From a virus (taxonomy: Duplodnaviria > Caudoviricetes), in the IMG/VR virus record IMGVR_UViG_3300013383_000028, positions 18,873 to 82,872 of that record: a stretch of 64,000 bases of DNA; one strand, written 5' to 3'. The position numbers and the translations under genes were made by a program. The notes beneath the pieces are model-generated. The model saw only the letters and a program-made list of their open reading frames with translations. It had not been told where the DNA came from and made no database searches. Position 1 is the first letter of the stretch, and the number at the start of each line of letters is the position of its first letter. Below are positions 1 through 9,798 of the stretch, one piece after another.

Positions 1-26
1 GGTGTGGAAGAAAGGTTTGAATTTGA

Positions 27-455
27 ATGACACTGCGCGAAGCAATTAGGCAGTATGCTGGCTTCCCACCGAAAGAAAACTTTGACTTTCCGGTGGAAAG
101 CATTGGACCGTACATCATTGCCTTTGCGTCAAACTATAAGCGGGAAGAAAACCGGCAATCCTTCACGATAAAAATCAGATATGGTGTCAATACGTTCTCT
201 GACTACGCTGGTCGTGTTGGATTCAGTGATGGACTGCCGGGGCGGCTATACAAAGCAAAAATTGACGTAACTGCGCTGTTGGACGCTGACAATATCATTA
301 AGCCAAACAAGGAAGGCTGTTTCGTTGTGGATGATCGTATTACAGACGAACTGAAAATTGAGAAAATTGAAGTCGGCCCCATTTCACTTGTTGCGGTATT
401 CGACGGGAAGGAGATTGACAGCACATGGATAGATACATTAACGCGACCAGATTGA
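27..455 (+). CDS. hypothetical protein
   Basis: 142-aa ORF, start-stop overlaps with next ORFs; no recognised motif. Confidence 0.55.
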   Translation: MTLREAIRQYAGFPPKENFDFPVESIGPYIIAFASNYKREENRQSFTIKIRYGVNTFSDYAGRVGFSDGLPGRLYKAKIDVTALLDADNIIKPNKEGCFVVDDRITDELKIEKIEVGPISLVAVFDGKEIDSTWIDTLTRPD

Positions 456-805
456 TTGCGAGCATTGACGAAGACCTTGAATCAATGCGGAAAGAAGATG
501 GCAAGCTGCCGGACACGGAGGATGTCGATGAATTGCTTCGATTCAGGAGCAAACTGGCATCCGCACCGGAAGCCCCAATTAGGGATTATCGTCCAGAGAA
601 CGCACCGTTTGTGACGGCTAACGGCAATCCCGTTGGACTTCTGAAAAGCATATGGCCCGATATTACTGAAATTGTAATTTCGACCAGCTACTGCGGATGC
701 GAGTTTGTAAACGGTGAACTTGCATCGGTAGAAATTCTGAAAGAACCTTTGGATAAATGGGAGGAACGATATGGTAAAGCTATCGACGATTCAAAAGCAC
801 AATAA
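425..805 (+). CDS. hypothetical protein
   Basis: 126-aa ORF in a tightly overlapping run, GGAG upstream. Confidence 0.55.
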   Translation: MDRYINATRLIASIDEDLESMRKEDGKLPDTEDVDELLRFRSKLASAPEAPIRDYRPENAPFVTANGNPVGLLKSIWPDITEIVISTSYCGCEFVNGELASVEILKEPLDKWEERYGKAIDDSKAQ

Positions 806-1130
806 CCCGCACGCCATCCTTCGGAGTGATAACGAAGGACCCGGAGGTGGCTATCACGATTACACTGTGATGGATGTGGACAGAAAAAGTGTGATTACAC
901 AGATAAAATTTCAGAAAGGCGCTCGAAACGACCCGAATGCGCGTCACGGTGTTTTGGACGCTGACCTTCTGGAAGTTGTGCGCGACAGGCTGACGGCTTT
1001 CAACAAGGGTGAGTTTGCCACGCGGGAGAACGCCTGCGCGATCACGCATATTGAAGAAGCCCTCATGTGGATGGCGAAACGCGCCGATGACCGGGCAGAG
1101 CGCGGCGTGCTGGGGACGTATAACAAATGA
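771..1130 (+). CDS. tad1: Tad1-family anti-Thoeris signal sponge
   Basis: Motifs LSTIQK, EGPGGGYHDY, IKFQKGAR, HGVLDADLLEVVRDRL, RENACAITHIEEALMWM, DRAERGVLGT match clostridial Tad1 as I recall it, over the full length. Confidence 0.9.
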   Translation: MVKLSTIQKHNNPHAILRSDNEGPGGGYHDYTVMDVDRKSVITQIKFQKGARNDPNARHGVLDADLLEVVRDRLTAFNKGEFATRENACAITHIEEALMWMAKRADDRAERGVLGTYNK

Positions 1131-1441
1131 GAGAAGATGAAGCTAAGACCATTTTTGTATGCAACACACTCACCGGCGGCATCTATGAGGTGAAAAAAGG
1201 GTTTGGCATCGACGAGACGAGCATCCGACAGATTCAAAAACGTGCGAAAGCGCGCGGAGAAGAATATATGGCTGTTGTACTTCCGGGCGATGTAAAGCAT
1301 GATGATATCGAGAAATTAGCCAATGCCGTTGCGGATTGGAGACGATTTCAAGATACCAGACTCTCAGAATGCGTGTATGGAACACCAGAAGCGATTGAAA
1401 TCCTGACGGCTGGAATGGAGAAACCGGATGGCGAAACATAA
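1127..1441 (+). CDS. hypothetical protein
   Basis: 104-aa ORF, ATGA overlap with tad1. Confidence 0.6.
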   Translation: MREDEAKTIFVCNTLTGGIYEVKKGFGIDETSIRQIQKRAKARGEEYMAVVLPGDVKHDDIEKLANAVADWRRFQDTRLSECVYGTPEAIEILTAGMEKPDGET

Positions 1442-1832
1442 CCAACAATGGCGCGATGCCAGATGGAAGCAGAAAAAACGTCAGAGGGACGCTGAAAGCA
1501 AGCGACGGGAATTGGAACTGTCAGAATTTGCACGGCAGGCGGACGAAGCGCTTGAGCATATGCGGCAATTATCCGATCGGGCGGAGCCGATGATAGAAAG
1601 ACTTGATTTTTTGAAGGAAATCGGGCCGGGAGTCAACTTCGCGGAGATACTGGAAGGAACCAAGTACAGATTCGTTTCGCAGAAGTACAACGGCGATGGG
1701 ACATACGATGTCACATTCGAGGTGGATGTACTGAGCAACGACAGTAAACACGAAAAAGTTGGCACGCTGACAGCGACTGCGCTCAGCGTGTCGTATATCG
1801 CCGGGATGTTGGAAATTCATGGCCGGTATTGA
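1428..1832 (+). CDS. hypothetical protein
   Basis: 134-aa ORF, SD upstream, overlaps previous gene. Confidence 0.6.
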   Translation: MAKHNQQWRDARWKQKKRQRDAESKRRELELSEFARQADEALEHMRQLSDRAEPMIERLDFLKEIGPGVNFAEILEGTKYRFVSQKYNGDGTYDVTFEVDVLSNDSKHEKVGTLTATALSVSYIAGMLEIHGRY

Positions 1833-1862
1833 ACAATCGAAAATAAACTTATGCAACTTCTC

Positions 1863-1891
1863 TTGCATTTTCGCTGACTATATGGTATAAT
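1863..1891 (+). promoter_or_regulatory. sigmaA-type promoter of packaging/morphogenesis operon
   Basis: TTGCAT-N17-TATAAT. Confidence 0.75.
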
Positions 1892-1918
1892 TAAACAAAA
1901 TAAACAGAGGTGCTTACG

Positions 1919-1978
1919 CACTGTTCCGGTGCTTTCTCCTACGGGAGAGGTATCGGAACAGCGCTTTTTTTCGTTTTT
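1919..1978 (+). terminator. leader terminator/attenuator upstream of packaging genes
   Basis: About 18-bp stem with cUACGg tetraloop followed by a U tract, between promoter and first gene. Confidence 0.7.
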
Positions 1979-1987
1979 GGAGGGAAA

Positions 1988-2935
1988 ATGGGCGAAAACG
2001 TCAGCGAACTGGAACAACAAGAATATTATGCGCAGCTTGCAAAAAAGACGTCAGAAAGCCTTGCGTATTTCTACTGCTGCGTCAAATATGACGTTCCGTT
2101 TGCGCGTGACTGCGTGCCGCGAGATAACGGCCGCGACAAGTGGCTCTCGTACCTCGACAACCTCCATATCAAAAAGCTGGACGTCAGCAAGAGCGGAGAA
2201 CGATACGGTTTTCTTGACGGCCTGACCGATATCACAAAAATCTTCGGCGAGGGGCTGAAAGACGGTGAGTTCACAAAGGCTGTATACGCCGAAAAGAACG
2301 CACAGACGGCAAAGGCCGGAACGGTGAGACAGCGGAAGGACTGGGGAACCGGAAACGAAGATCATCCGTATACGAATGAAGACTATGCGGAGTTCGACAG
2401 GATTTACACAATCCTCGCGTCAGACCTTGGAGGAGAAGACGCACTGAGTGCAAAGCAGCAGCTCATTCTCCGCAACGTGTCCAAATGGACGAAACAAATG
2501 AACGATGCTTCTGATGCTGGAAAATTCGATGCAGCAAGAAAGCTGTCGGCCATCATTCAGGAAAACTTGGCGAGTGATAACCTCAGAAAGCGCGATGCCA
2601 AACCGGTAGAGGAAATCCGGATTGACGGAATTACTGAACGGCTCGAAAAGGCTGGCTTGATGAAGAACGGTAAACCGGTAGACCCCGATACTGCATTTGA
2701 GCTGCTTTTCCACCGAAGACCTAAATACTCTTACACGAAAGACGCGGCAGAGCAGATGCTTCTCGCAATTATCAACACGTCGCGTATGAACGATTCGCTT
2801 CCAGAGTTCTCGACGCTGCCAGATAGCGCGAGAATCAAAGATGATCTCCACGAGTTTGCGGAAGAACCAAATGAAATGGAGAAAATCGCATATGAAGGGT
2901 TCGGCTATGTGAAAATGCCGCCCGCGAAGGGGTGA
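1988..2935 (+). CDS. putative terminase small subunit
   Basis: Position directly upstream of terL; start moved to ATG 1988 after GGAGG. Confidence 0.5.
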   Translation: MGENVSELEQQEYYAQLAKKTSESLAYFYCCVKYDVPFARDCVPRDNGRDKWLSYLDNLHIKKLDVSKSGERYGFLDGLTDITKIFGEGLKDGEFTKAVYAEKNAQTAKAGTVRQRKDWGTGNEDHPYTNEDYAEFDRIYTILASDLGGEDALSAKQQLILRNVSKWTKQMNDASDAGKFDAARKLSAIIQENLASDNLRKRDAKPVEEIRIDGITERLEKAGLMKNGKPVDPDTAFELLFHRRPKYSYTKDAAEQMLLAIINTSRMNDSLPEFSTLPDSARIKDDLHEFAEEPNEMEKIAYEGFGYVKMPPAKG

Positions 2936-2944
2936 TGCTAGGTT

Positions 2945-4816
2945 ATGGCGAGACGTTACGGTAAGGCGTGGGCGCCGGGCCTACAATCATAAGGCGTTGG
3001 ATGGATAAGTAAACGCGAAGTTGAACAACGCGATTACAGCAACTTTGAAAATGATTTTTGGTGTCTTCTGATTTGGGTCGGAAGATTCTTCCCAGATATC
3101 CTTGCGGATGTGCTCCGCGCCGATGACGCGGACTACAAGACACTTGAAATTGTGCAGCGCGTCATGCTGCGTGCAAATGCGCGGTATCAGGACGTGGCAA
3201 TCACGGGAACCCGTGGACTGAGCAAGACCTATTCGGAAATGCTTGGCGAGGAAATCAATGGTGTCGTTTGGCCGGGTACGAGAGTCCTGTATACTGGTCC
3301 GGCACTAAAGCAACTGTCGGATATTGGAAGCAAAACACACGCAGACTTGGCAAAAAGCTATCCGTGCATTACAAAACACTGGCGCATTGCGGCAGAAAGT
3401 AAAGACGATTTCAAAATCACGACGGATTATGGGTCATCCTTCTACATAGGGGCAAAACGTGGCGACAACCTTCACGCTGTTATCGCAGAAGAGTTTGCGC
3501 AGGAAGAACAACCGGCCTTTGACTTCAATGAATATACGACGGTCGCGCTTCCTGCCGTTCGATTGGCGCATAACGTAAACGGTGAGAAGGACGAAAACTT
3601 CGTAGCGTATAAAAACCACTCGATCACCAGCGCAGGGAGAAAGCAGAATCACGCATTCTTGGTTCGCTGTGAAGTGAGAAAAGGGATGCGGAACGGAGAC
3701 AGCAGCTTCCAAATGGATGTCCCGTATCAATGCGTAATCCTTCAACAGATGCGTCCCTACTCATGGGCACAGAAGCTGAAATCGAAGCTTACCCCTGAAC
3801 GCTGGATGCGTGAGATGGAAAGCCGGTACACCGGCGCAGATGAGTATCCGATCATTTCAGATGAGAGCCTTTCCGAGAGTTGCTGCTTGCAGAGCATGGA
3901 ACGGCAGCACTGCTGCAAGTATCCCGGCTGCAGGACAGACCCGAAGGACGTCATATACATTGTCTGCTACGACGTTTCCTATGAGGATGCCAAGAAGAAT
4001 GCAAAATGCGCTGTTGGCGTTTGGAAACTCACTAAACAGGAAGACTTCCTCAAGCGAGACAGATACCTGAAACAGCTCGTGTGGCTGGACGATTGGCCAC
4101 CACCTGATAATGCCATGAAGCAAGCACGCCGGTTGAAAGACGTATGGTATCGATTCTGCTTTGAAGGCGGAAATACTACGTATATCGCAATCGACGGCTG
4201 GCAATACGGCAAGGCCGTCATCGAAGACCTGATGAAAGACCTCGGCGATGGATTGCCGCCACTGTGCATCTTAGACCACACAGAGTACACAGCGCTGGAA
4301 CTTGACGGTGCACTTCCAATCATTTATCCGATCAAGGCCGGCGGCAGTGGTGTCACCGACCCGGATGCAGAGATGATCAGGTACGCGCAGACGCAGTTCG
4401 ATAACCACAATGTGCAGCTTCTCACAATGAACACCCGTGAGGGCGTAGAAGCGTACAAGCGGCTTCATAAGATCAAGGACGATGATCTGGATTATCAGAT
4501 TGCACGGCCATATCAAAAGACCAGAGAACTGTCTGGACAGATACAAAACCTGAAGGCCGTGCCGTCAGGCGCTGGTATCAGCGAGAAACGAATTTCCCGC
4601 GCAATACAGAGAGACAGCTGGTCGGCAATCAAGTACGGACTGCGGCTCTCACAGAAGCTGGAACGTGAGCTTGCGTTGAGCGAGGTCAAGAAAAAAAGCG
4701 ACTGGGACGCAGCTCTTTCAAAATATAAAGGCATGGACACCGTTCGCAACGTCGGTGGAAGACAGAATGCGGGCGGACGAATGGTGACGCAGAGACGCGG
4801 AGGAAGGATATTCTGA
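2945..4816 (+). CDS. terL: terminase large subunit; open frame 3110-4816, 5' extension from ATG 2945 interrupted by in-frame TAA at 2990-2992
   Basis: Walker A-like ITGTRGLSKT, Walker B VIAEE, nuclease CYDVS and IAIDG motifs; sits before portal. Confidence 0.9.
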
Positions 4817-5196
4817 TGGCTGAAGAGAAGGTTTATCGGTTGTATGCTCTGCGGGTTACGCAGGAATCCGTTGAAACGGCCATGATGGCGCGGTTCAGCA
4901 GAATCGCACCGGGATACATCCTGATTTATACGGCCGGTGAACAGCCGAAGAATAGCCTTGAAGTAAAGGGCGATGACGTAAACCGTCTTTCCAAAGCCGA
5001 TGAGGATTGGATCATGTCATGTGCGGCGGCGCTCCTGCGGGAACGGCTGAAAAAAGAAAAACCGCAGACGATGGAAAATCTGAGCCGAATGGTAGACCAA
5101 TTTGCGGCAGCGCTGGAAGCCGAACGAGAGAAACTTGGCGGCACAAATGAGAAGGGAGCAAAAGACCATGGCGATAGAGACGAGCGAACTCAGTAA
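4816..5196 (+). CDS. hypothetical protein
   Basis: 126-aa ORF coupled to terL stop. Confidence 0.65.
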   Translation: MAEEKVYRLYALRVTQESVETAMMARFSRIAPGYILIYTAGEQPKNSLEVKGDDVNRLSKADEDWIMSCAAALLRERLKKEKPQTMENLSRMVDQFAAALEAEREKLGGTNEKGAKDHGDRDERTQ

Positions 5197-6919
5197 GCTT
5201 CAATATGAGTCTTTTCCCGAGATCTTTAGCCGATTTCGCAGACTCGCGGCAGAAAATCAGGGCGTGCCGATGGCATCCATCACGTCTGCATTTTCTGGGA
5301 TAAACTCTGGCCGGTACGGAATGGCGAATCCGTACATTCAGAACCGGCGTGTCAAGCAGATATCCTCCTTGCCAGTCAATTTCACCAAGGATAAAGTCGG
5401 TGAAATGTTGACAAAGCCTTATGAGAGTGAACAGCCGCTCCGGCAGGTGGCGCATATCCTTGAGTATACGGCATACCCGCTTTTCCATATTCGCAAAGTC
5501 TATCAGGAAATGTTGACGTATCACAGCTATGTGATACCGAAACTGGTTGACTCGGCCGATACCAAAAAGGACGAGTTCATGCGGGAATGGAAGCTGCTCG
5601 AGAAACTTCGCGAAGCGTTCAATCCAAAGGAAACCGCGCACCAGATCGTCGGGCAGGTCGGCGTAGAAGGAAAGGTTTTCTACTATCCGAGATACGGTGT
5701 CGACAAGAGCCACAACAAGGTCAACTACGCATTCATGCAGCAACTGCCGAGTGACTGGACGAAGATTACTGGCTACAACAGCGTATCAAAGTACACGGTT
5801 GCATTCAACATGATGTACTTCCTGCAGCCCGGATGCGTACCGGAACAGTTTGGAGATCTGTTTACTCCGTATCTGTATGATTTCAGCAGCGTTGTGCAGA
5901 AGCCGAAAGGCGTCGGATCGACAATGGTCTTCGCGCAGAAGACGCGCGTTGATATGCAGAAATTCCAGCGCATCCAAGCACAGGGCGATATGCCGGGAAA
6001 GCCGGATGTCTATTACCAGAATGGGCGCTGGTACTACTGGGTGTACCTGCCGGCAGATGAAGTCTTCACCTTTGAAGCTGATGATGTGAGCCGCACGGCG
6101 ATTTCGCCGTTTGCAGGACTGTTCCTGAACATGATCCAGCTCGCGCAGATGGAACAGATCCAGTTGGAGTTGATTCAGAACCCGTTGGTGAGCATCTTGC
6201 ACGGCGAGATTCCATACCGAGACGAGAAAACCGCTACTAGTGATGACCAATACAGACTGAGTAACGCCGGAAGATTGTTCTTTGAAGCTGTCTGGTACGA
6301 CATGCTTCAAGCGGCCAACACATCTGGCATAGGCCTTTTCATGGCACCGCTTCAGTCGATGAAACTTGAATCCTTATCCGAAGCACCTTCCGCAATGGAC
6401 ATCGTGAAGCAGGGCTACAGCGATACCATGAGCCAAGCCGGTATGGGCGCAATCATCCCGCTTGGAGACGATCCGAAAGCAGGCACCGCGCAGATCTCGC
6501 TTCAGATCGAGAGCAAGTTCATGCAGACGGTCTATCGGGGATATGAGCGGATGATGAATGCGATCATCAAAAAGCTCAATCTCAAGTATGATTGGAAGTT
6601 CGTCATATTTGGCGATATCTCGGAAGACGAAAAGATGCTCGAACGCTGCATGAAGGGCATGGAGCACGGCATTCTACCGGATACCATCATATACAATGCC
6701 CTGCTTGACCGGTCGATTCTCGATGATATCTGTCTGTCCGACGCGGTATACAACAGCAATATCCTCGACAAGCGTATGCCTCTGATTACCTCGTATAGCG
6801 CGTCTCAGGACAAATCCAATTTGCCGCCGCAGAGTCCCGGACGGCCGAAAGGTGACGGAAGCGCCACAACTGACGGCAGTGAGACCATGATCGATCAATA
6901 CGGAGGGACAAATGACTGA
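5168..6919 (+). CDS. portal protein
   Basis: About 583 aa, synteny after terL, SD GGAG before ATG 5168. Confidence 0.75.
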   Translation: MAIETSELSKLQYESFPEIFSRFRRLAAENQGVPMASITSAFSGINSGRYGMANPYIQNRRVKQISSLPVNFTKDKVGEMLTKPYESEQPLRQVAHILEYTAYPLFHIRKVYQEMLTYHSYVIPKLVDSADTKKDEFMREWKLLEKLREAFNPKETAHQIVGQVGVEGKVFYYPRYGVDKSHNKVNYAFMQQLPSDWTKITGYNSVSKYTVAFNMMYFLQPGCVPEQFGDLFTPYLYDFSSVVQKPKGVGSTMVFAQKTRVDMQKFQRIQAQGDMPGKPDVYYQNGRWYYWVYLPADEVFTFEADDVSRTAISPFAGLFLNMIQLAQMEQIQLELIQNPLVSILHGEIPYRDEKTATSDDQYRLSNAGRLFFEAVWYDMLQAANTSGIGLFMAPLQSMKLESLSEAPSAMDIVKQGYSDTMSQAGMGAIIPLGDDPKAGTAQISLQIESKFMQTVYRGYERMMNAIIKKLNLKYDWKFVIFGDISEDEKMLERCMKGMEHGILPDTIIYNALLDRSILDDICLSDAVYNSNILDKRMPLITSYSASQDKSNLPPQSPGRPKGDGSATTDGSETMIDQYGGTND

Positions 6920-7091
6920 ATTTGTTAAACAAGAAGACCTCCACATTATCAACAGGGCGCTTAATAATAACAGAGATATAAGGATACAACGCACGAAGGA
7001 CGGTTATCGTATTGTAGAAGACGCGGTAAAAGTCCTTGTGAAGCGTGATATTGCAAAAAACTCTCCCATCCAAGTCGAAGGCCTGCGCTGA
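6912..7091 (+). CDS. small hypothetical protein (59 aa)
   Basis: GGAGG SD; MTEFVKQEDLHIINRALNNNRDIRIQRTKDGYRIVED..., hand-translated. Confidence 0.6.
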   Translation: MTEFVKQEDLHIINRALNNNRDIRIQRTKDGYRIVEDAVKVLVKRDIAKNSPIQVEGLR

Positions 7092-7136
7092 TGCGTGGGG
7101 TATTGATTTAGGCGAAGCTGGGAGCATATAGAGACA

Positions 7137-7211
7137 CCCACACCGGAGTAGCGGCGTGGAAGAGCTAGTGGAGCTAACGACACAGAAATGTGCCGTTAGC
7201 TCTTTTTCATT
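7137..7211 (+). promoter_or_regulatory. dual-hairpin + terminator RNA element, copy 1 (before head genes)
   Basis: CCG-GAGTAG-CGG hairpin, GAAGAGCTAGTGGAGCT, terminator stem + U tract; homologous to 23355 and 39741. Confidence 0.75.
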
Positions 7212-7233
7212 TTCACGGAAAGGAGACAACGAA

Positions 7234-7767
7234 ATGGCTCGACTGAAAGAACGGTTTGATTTTGAAAACGGTGCGCTTGCGGCTGTGAGAGATGCCGCAA
7301 AGGACGTGACCGGCACGTATCAGGATGCCGCTCGTGGGCTGGATACGCTGAAAGAATGGGTTCTGATTGAACTCGGAATGCCGAATACTGCTGACAAAAT
7401 TCACAAACTGGCTCATCTTCAAGCTCATCGCTTCGATGCCGTCGGAGACCTACTGCACCAGCGTCATATTCTGCAAATCTACCCTGCAACCGCTGAGTAC
7501 GACGGCCGGCCTGATGATCTGGACGGCGTATTTGAGTCCATCATCGACATGCTGCAAAAGATCGAAGACACGCTCCGCAAATGCGTGGAAGTCTGCGATG
7601 AAAACGGACTTTATCCGCTTGGCCGTGGCTTTGAGAACCTGCAAATGGAGAACAGCGCCAGCTATGAGAAGTTCCTGTATGCGTGGCAGATGTACTCCGA
7701 GCATGAAATGAGCGCGACCAGTTTTGATGGATGGATTGAAGAACTCTTCGAGGGAGAGGGTGACTGA
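7234..7767 (+). CDS. putative ferritin-like four-helix-bundle protein
   Basis: Helical 177-aa protein with E/H patterns (KEW, HKLAHLQAHRF, EVCDENG, ENLQMEN). Confidence 0.4.
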   Translation: MARLKERFDFENGALAAVRDAAKDVTGTYQDAARGLDTLKEWVLIELGMPNTADKIHKLAHLQAHRFDAVGDLLHQRHILQIYPATAEYDGRPDDLDGVFESIIDMLQKIEDTLRKCVEVCDENGLYPLGRGFENLQMENSASYEKFLYAWQMYSEHEMSATSFDGWIEELFEGEGD

Positions 7768-7769
7768 CG

Positions 7770-9182
7770 ATGCCGCTGACCAAAAACCAGAAGTCGATGG
7801 CGACCGGCCAACTCAAGGTGCTGCAAAGGCTGAATCCTTATGAGTTCGGCGTTGAACTGTGGCTGCTTAGAGACGGCGAGAACCGAAACAAGTGGTCGTA
7901 CCAAAACCTCGATAAATACTACAAAACGTTCGTTGGGCAGCCAATTTTGATCGCCTATGTCATGGGAAAGATCGGAGATGGCCACAACAGCCAGCTCAAG
8001 ACCGACCCCAGAACAGGCGAACAGTATTACTCCTACACGGACGGAACGGCGGAACGCATTGTCGGAACGCTGTCAGATGATGAACGTGATTTTTCCCTCC
8101 AACAGAGGGATGGTCGAACTTGGATTGTTGCGAAAGGCAGGCTCTTCGCTTTCTACGCGAAGGAAGCCGTAGACGAAATCGTGCGAACAGGGCGCATGGA
8201 TGTGTCTGTGGAAACGCTTACCTACGAATCCCACATGGAAGGTGACGTTGAAGTAATCACGAACTTCCGTGGGATGGGCGTAACCATCCTTGGGGCGGGC
8301 GTTGCTCCGGCTGTTCCGGGGGCCAACATCGCTCGACTTGCCGCAATGGACGAAGAATTTAAGACTTTGAAGCTCAAGGCGGCATCTTTGCAGAAGGCCC
8401 CGGATACAAACAACGCCCCGGATAACGGGAGCTTATCACACAAAGGAGTGAAAGACTTGAAAACTTATAACAAGAGACAGCTTGCGGAGCTTTCTGCTCG
8501 TTTCGAGGGTTATAAGGTTCTGGCCGCAGGCGAGAAGGACGGCAAGGTCTACGTCTGCACGCTGTCGAAGGACGGTGCTTACCAGTACTACGTCGTCGAG
8601 AATGCGGCCGAAACGATCGTCCCCGAACGTTTCCAGAATCTCACGGTCAACGCTGTCATGCAGATGGGCGAAGAGTCCGTTTCTATGGACTGCATTGAGT
8701 TCATGGAACTCATCGGCAAAGAAAACAGCACGCGGCTGAGTGCTGCAGAAGCCAAGGTGAACTCTCTGGAACAGGAACTTGCTGATACGGATGCAAAGCT
8801 CAAGGCCATGAAGGAGTTCGAAGACAAGCGCCGTCTGAACGCAGCCAAGGACAAGGCCATGGCTACCCTCGCGAAGTTCAATGCGAACCGCGAACAGAAG
8901 GTTGCAGACACCGAGATCTCTGCCATTCTGAGCGACATCGAAGCAGGACTGTACACCAACAGCTATGACAAGGATCAGAACTGGACTGGTGAAGTGGAAG
9001 TCGCAAAGGCCGTCTACGCCGTCTGCGGTGAAGCCGTGGAGAAGATGGACGCTGCCGCTGCGAGCCGCAACAAGCAGGTCTACGCATGGGACAAGTTCAA
9101 CCAGAACAGCGCGGGCGAGGACGATGGCAGCATCTCTGGCCTGTTTGCGAAGTGGGGCGTCGAAGCCGCCACTGAAAAGTGA
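7770..9182 (+). CDS. prohead protease/scaffold fusion
   Basis: N-terminal protease-like region (GDGH, DVSVET, GVTILG, PAVPGA), C-terminal coiled coil; lies before capsid genes. Confidence 0.7.
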   Translation: MPLTKNQKSMATGQLKVLQRLNPYEFGVELWLLRDGENRNKWSYQNLDKYYKTFVGQPILIAYVMGKIGDGHNSQLKTDPRTGEQYYSYTDGTAERIVGTLSDDERDFSLQQRDGRTWIVAKGRLFAFYAKEAVDEIVRTGRMDVSVETLTYESHMEGDVEVITNFRGMGVTILGAGVAPAVPGANIARLAAMDEEFKTLKLKAASLQKAPDTNNAPDNGSLSHKGVKDLKTYNKRQLAELSARFEGYKVLAAGEKDGKVYVCTLSKDGAYQYYVVENAAETIVPERFQNLTVNAVMQMGEESVSMDCIEFMELIGKENSTRLSAAEAKVNSLEQELADTDAKLKAMKEFEDKRRLNAAKDKAMATLAKFNANREQKVADTEISAILSDIEAGLYTNSYDKDQNWTGEVEVAKAVYAVCGEAVEKMDAAAASRNKQVYAWDKFNQNSAGEDDGSISGLFAKWGVEAATEK

Positions 9183-9199
9183 GAGAGGAGTGAAACGAA

Positions 9200-9781
9200 A
9201 TGTTTACTGAAAAAACTGCATTTGAGGCGCGCGTAACCAACAACTTCCGCGATGACCTCATCAACATCACCGGCAGATATCAGGCTTCCAGCGCTGATGC
9301 AGACTGCGATGCCGGCCGTCTGGTCGTTCGCAACGGTCAGCTTCCGTGCGAAGGCTTCACCGGCGTCAAGAACGAAAACGCGTGGTATATGAACGACGCT
9401 ACCTCTGCCACCACCGCTGGCGATGTCGTCTACGCTGCGAACACCTACGAAGTTCAGCTGCTTCAGGGCAAGAACGGCAACATGTATGCCGTCGGCACCG
9501 AGACCCTTGGACTTGGCATTCCGGCCGGCCGCGACGGCACCTTCACCAAGATCGTTTTCGACGGTGATCACGCATACCGATTCGGTATCGGCAACGTCAA
9601 CGCCGCAATCAGCACCAACACGTTCTTTACCATCGACGCAGGCCAGCTGAAGCCCGCCGCTACTGCCCCGACTTCGAACGGCGCTCTGTACTTCAAACTG
9701 CTCGGCACCGGCAAGTTCACCGAAGGCACCAACGCAAGCTTCGAGTACGTCGATGTACAGGCTTACAAGGTCTACGCATAA
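9200..9781 (+). CDS. putative head decoration protein
   Basis: 193-aa beta-rich, highly biased codons, between scaffold and capsid. Confidence 0.55.
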   Translation: MFTEKTAFEARVTNNFRDDLINITGRYQASSADADCDAGRLVVRNGQLPCEGFTGVKNENAWYMNDATSATTAGDVVYAANTYEVQLLQGKNGNMYAVGTETLGLGIPAGRDGTFTKIVFDGDHAYRFGIGNVNAAISTNTFFTIDAGQLKPAATAPTSNGALYFKLLGTGKFTEGTNASFEYVDVQAYKVYA

Positions 9782-9798
9782 GGAAGGAGTGAATCAAC

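Noticed and set aside
2990-2992. Genome-wide stop-codon reassignment explaining the terL TAA
   Set aside because: TAA, TGA and TAG all end well-supported genes here, and no suppressor tRNA was found.
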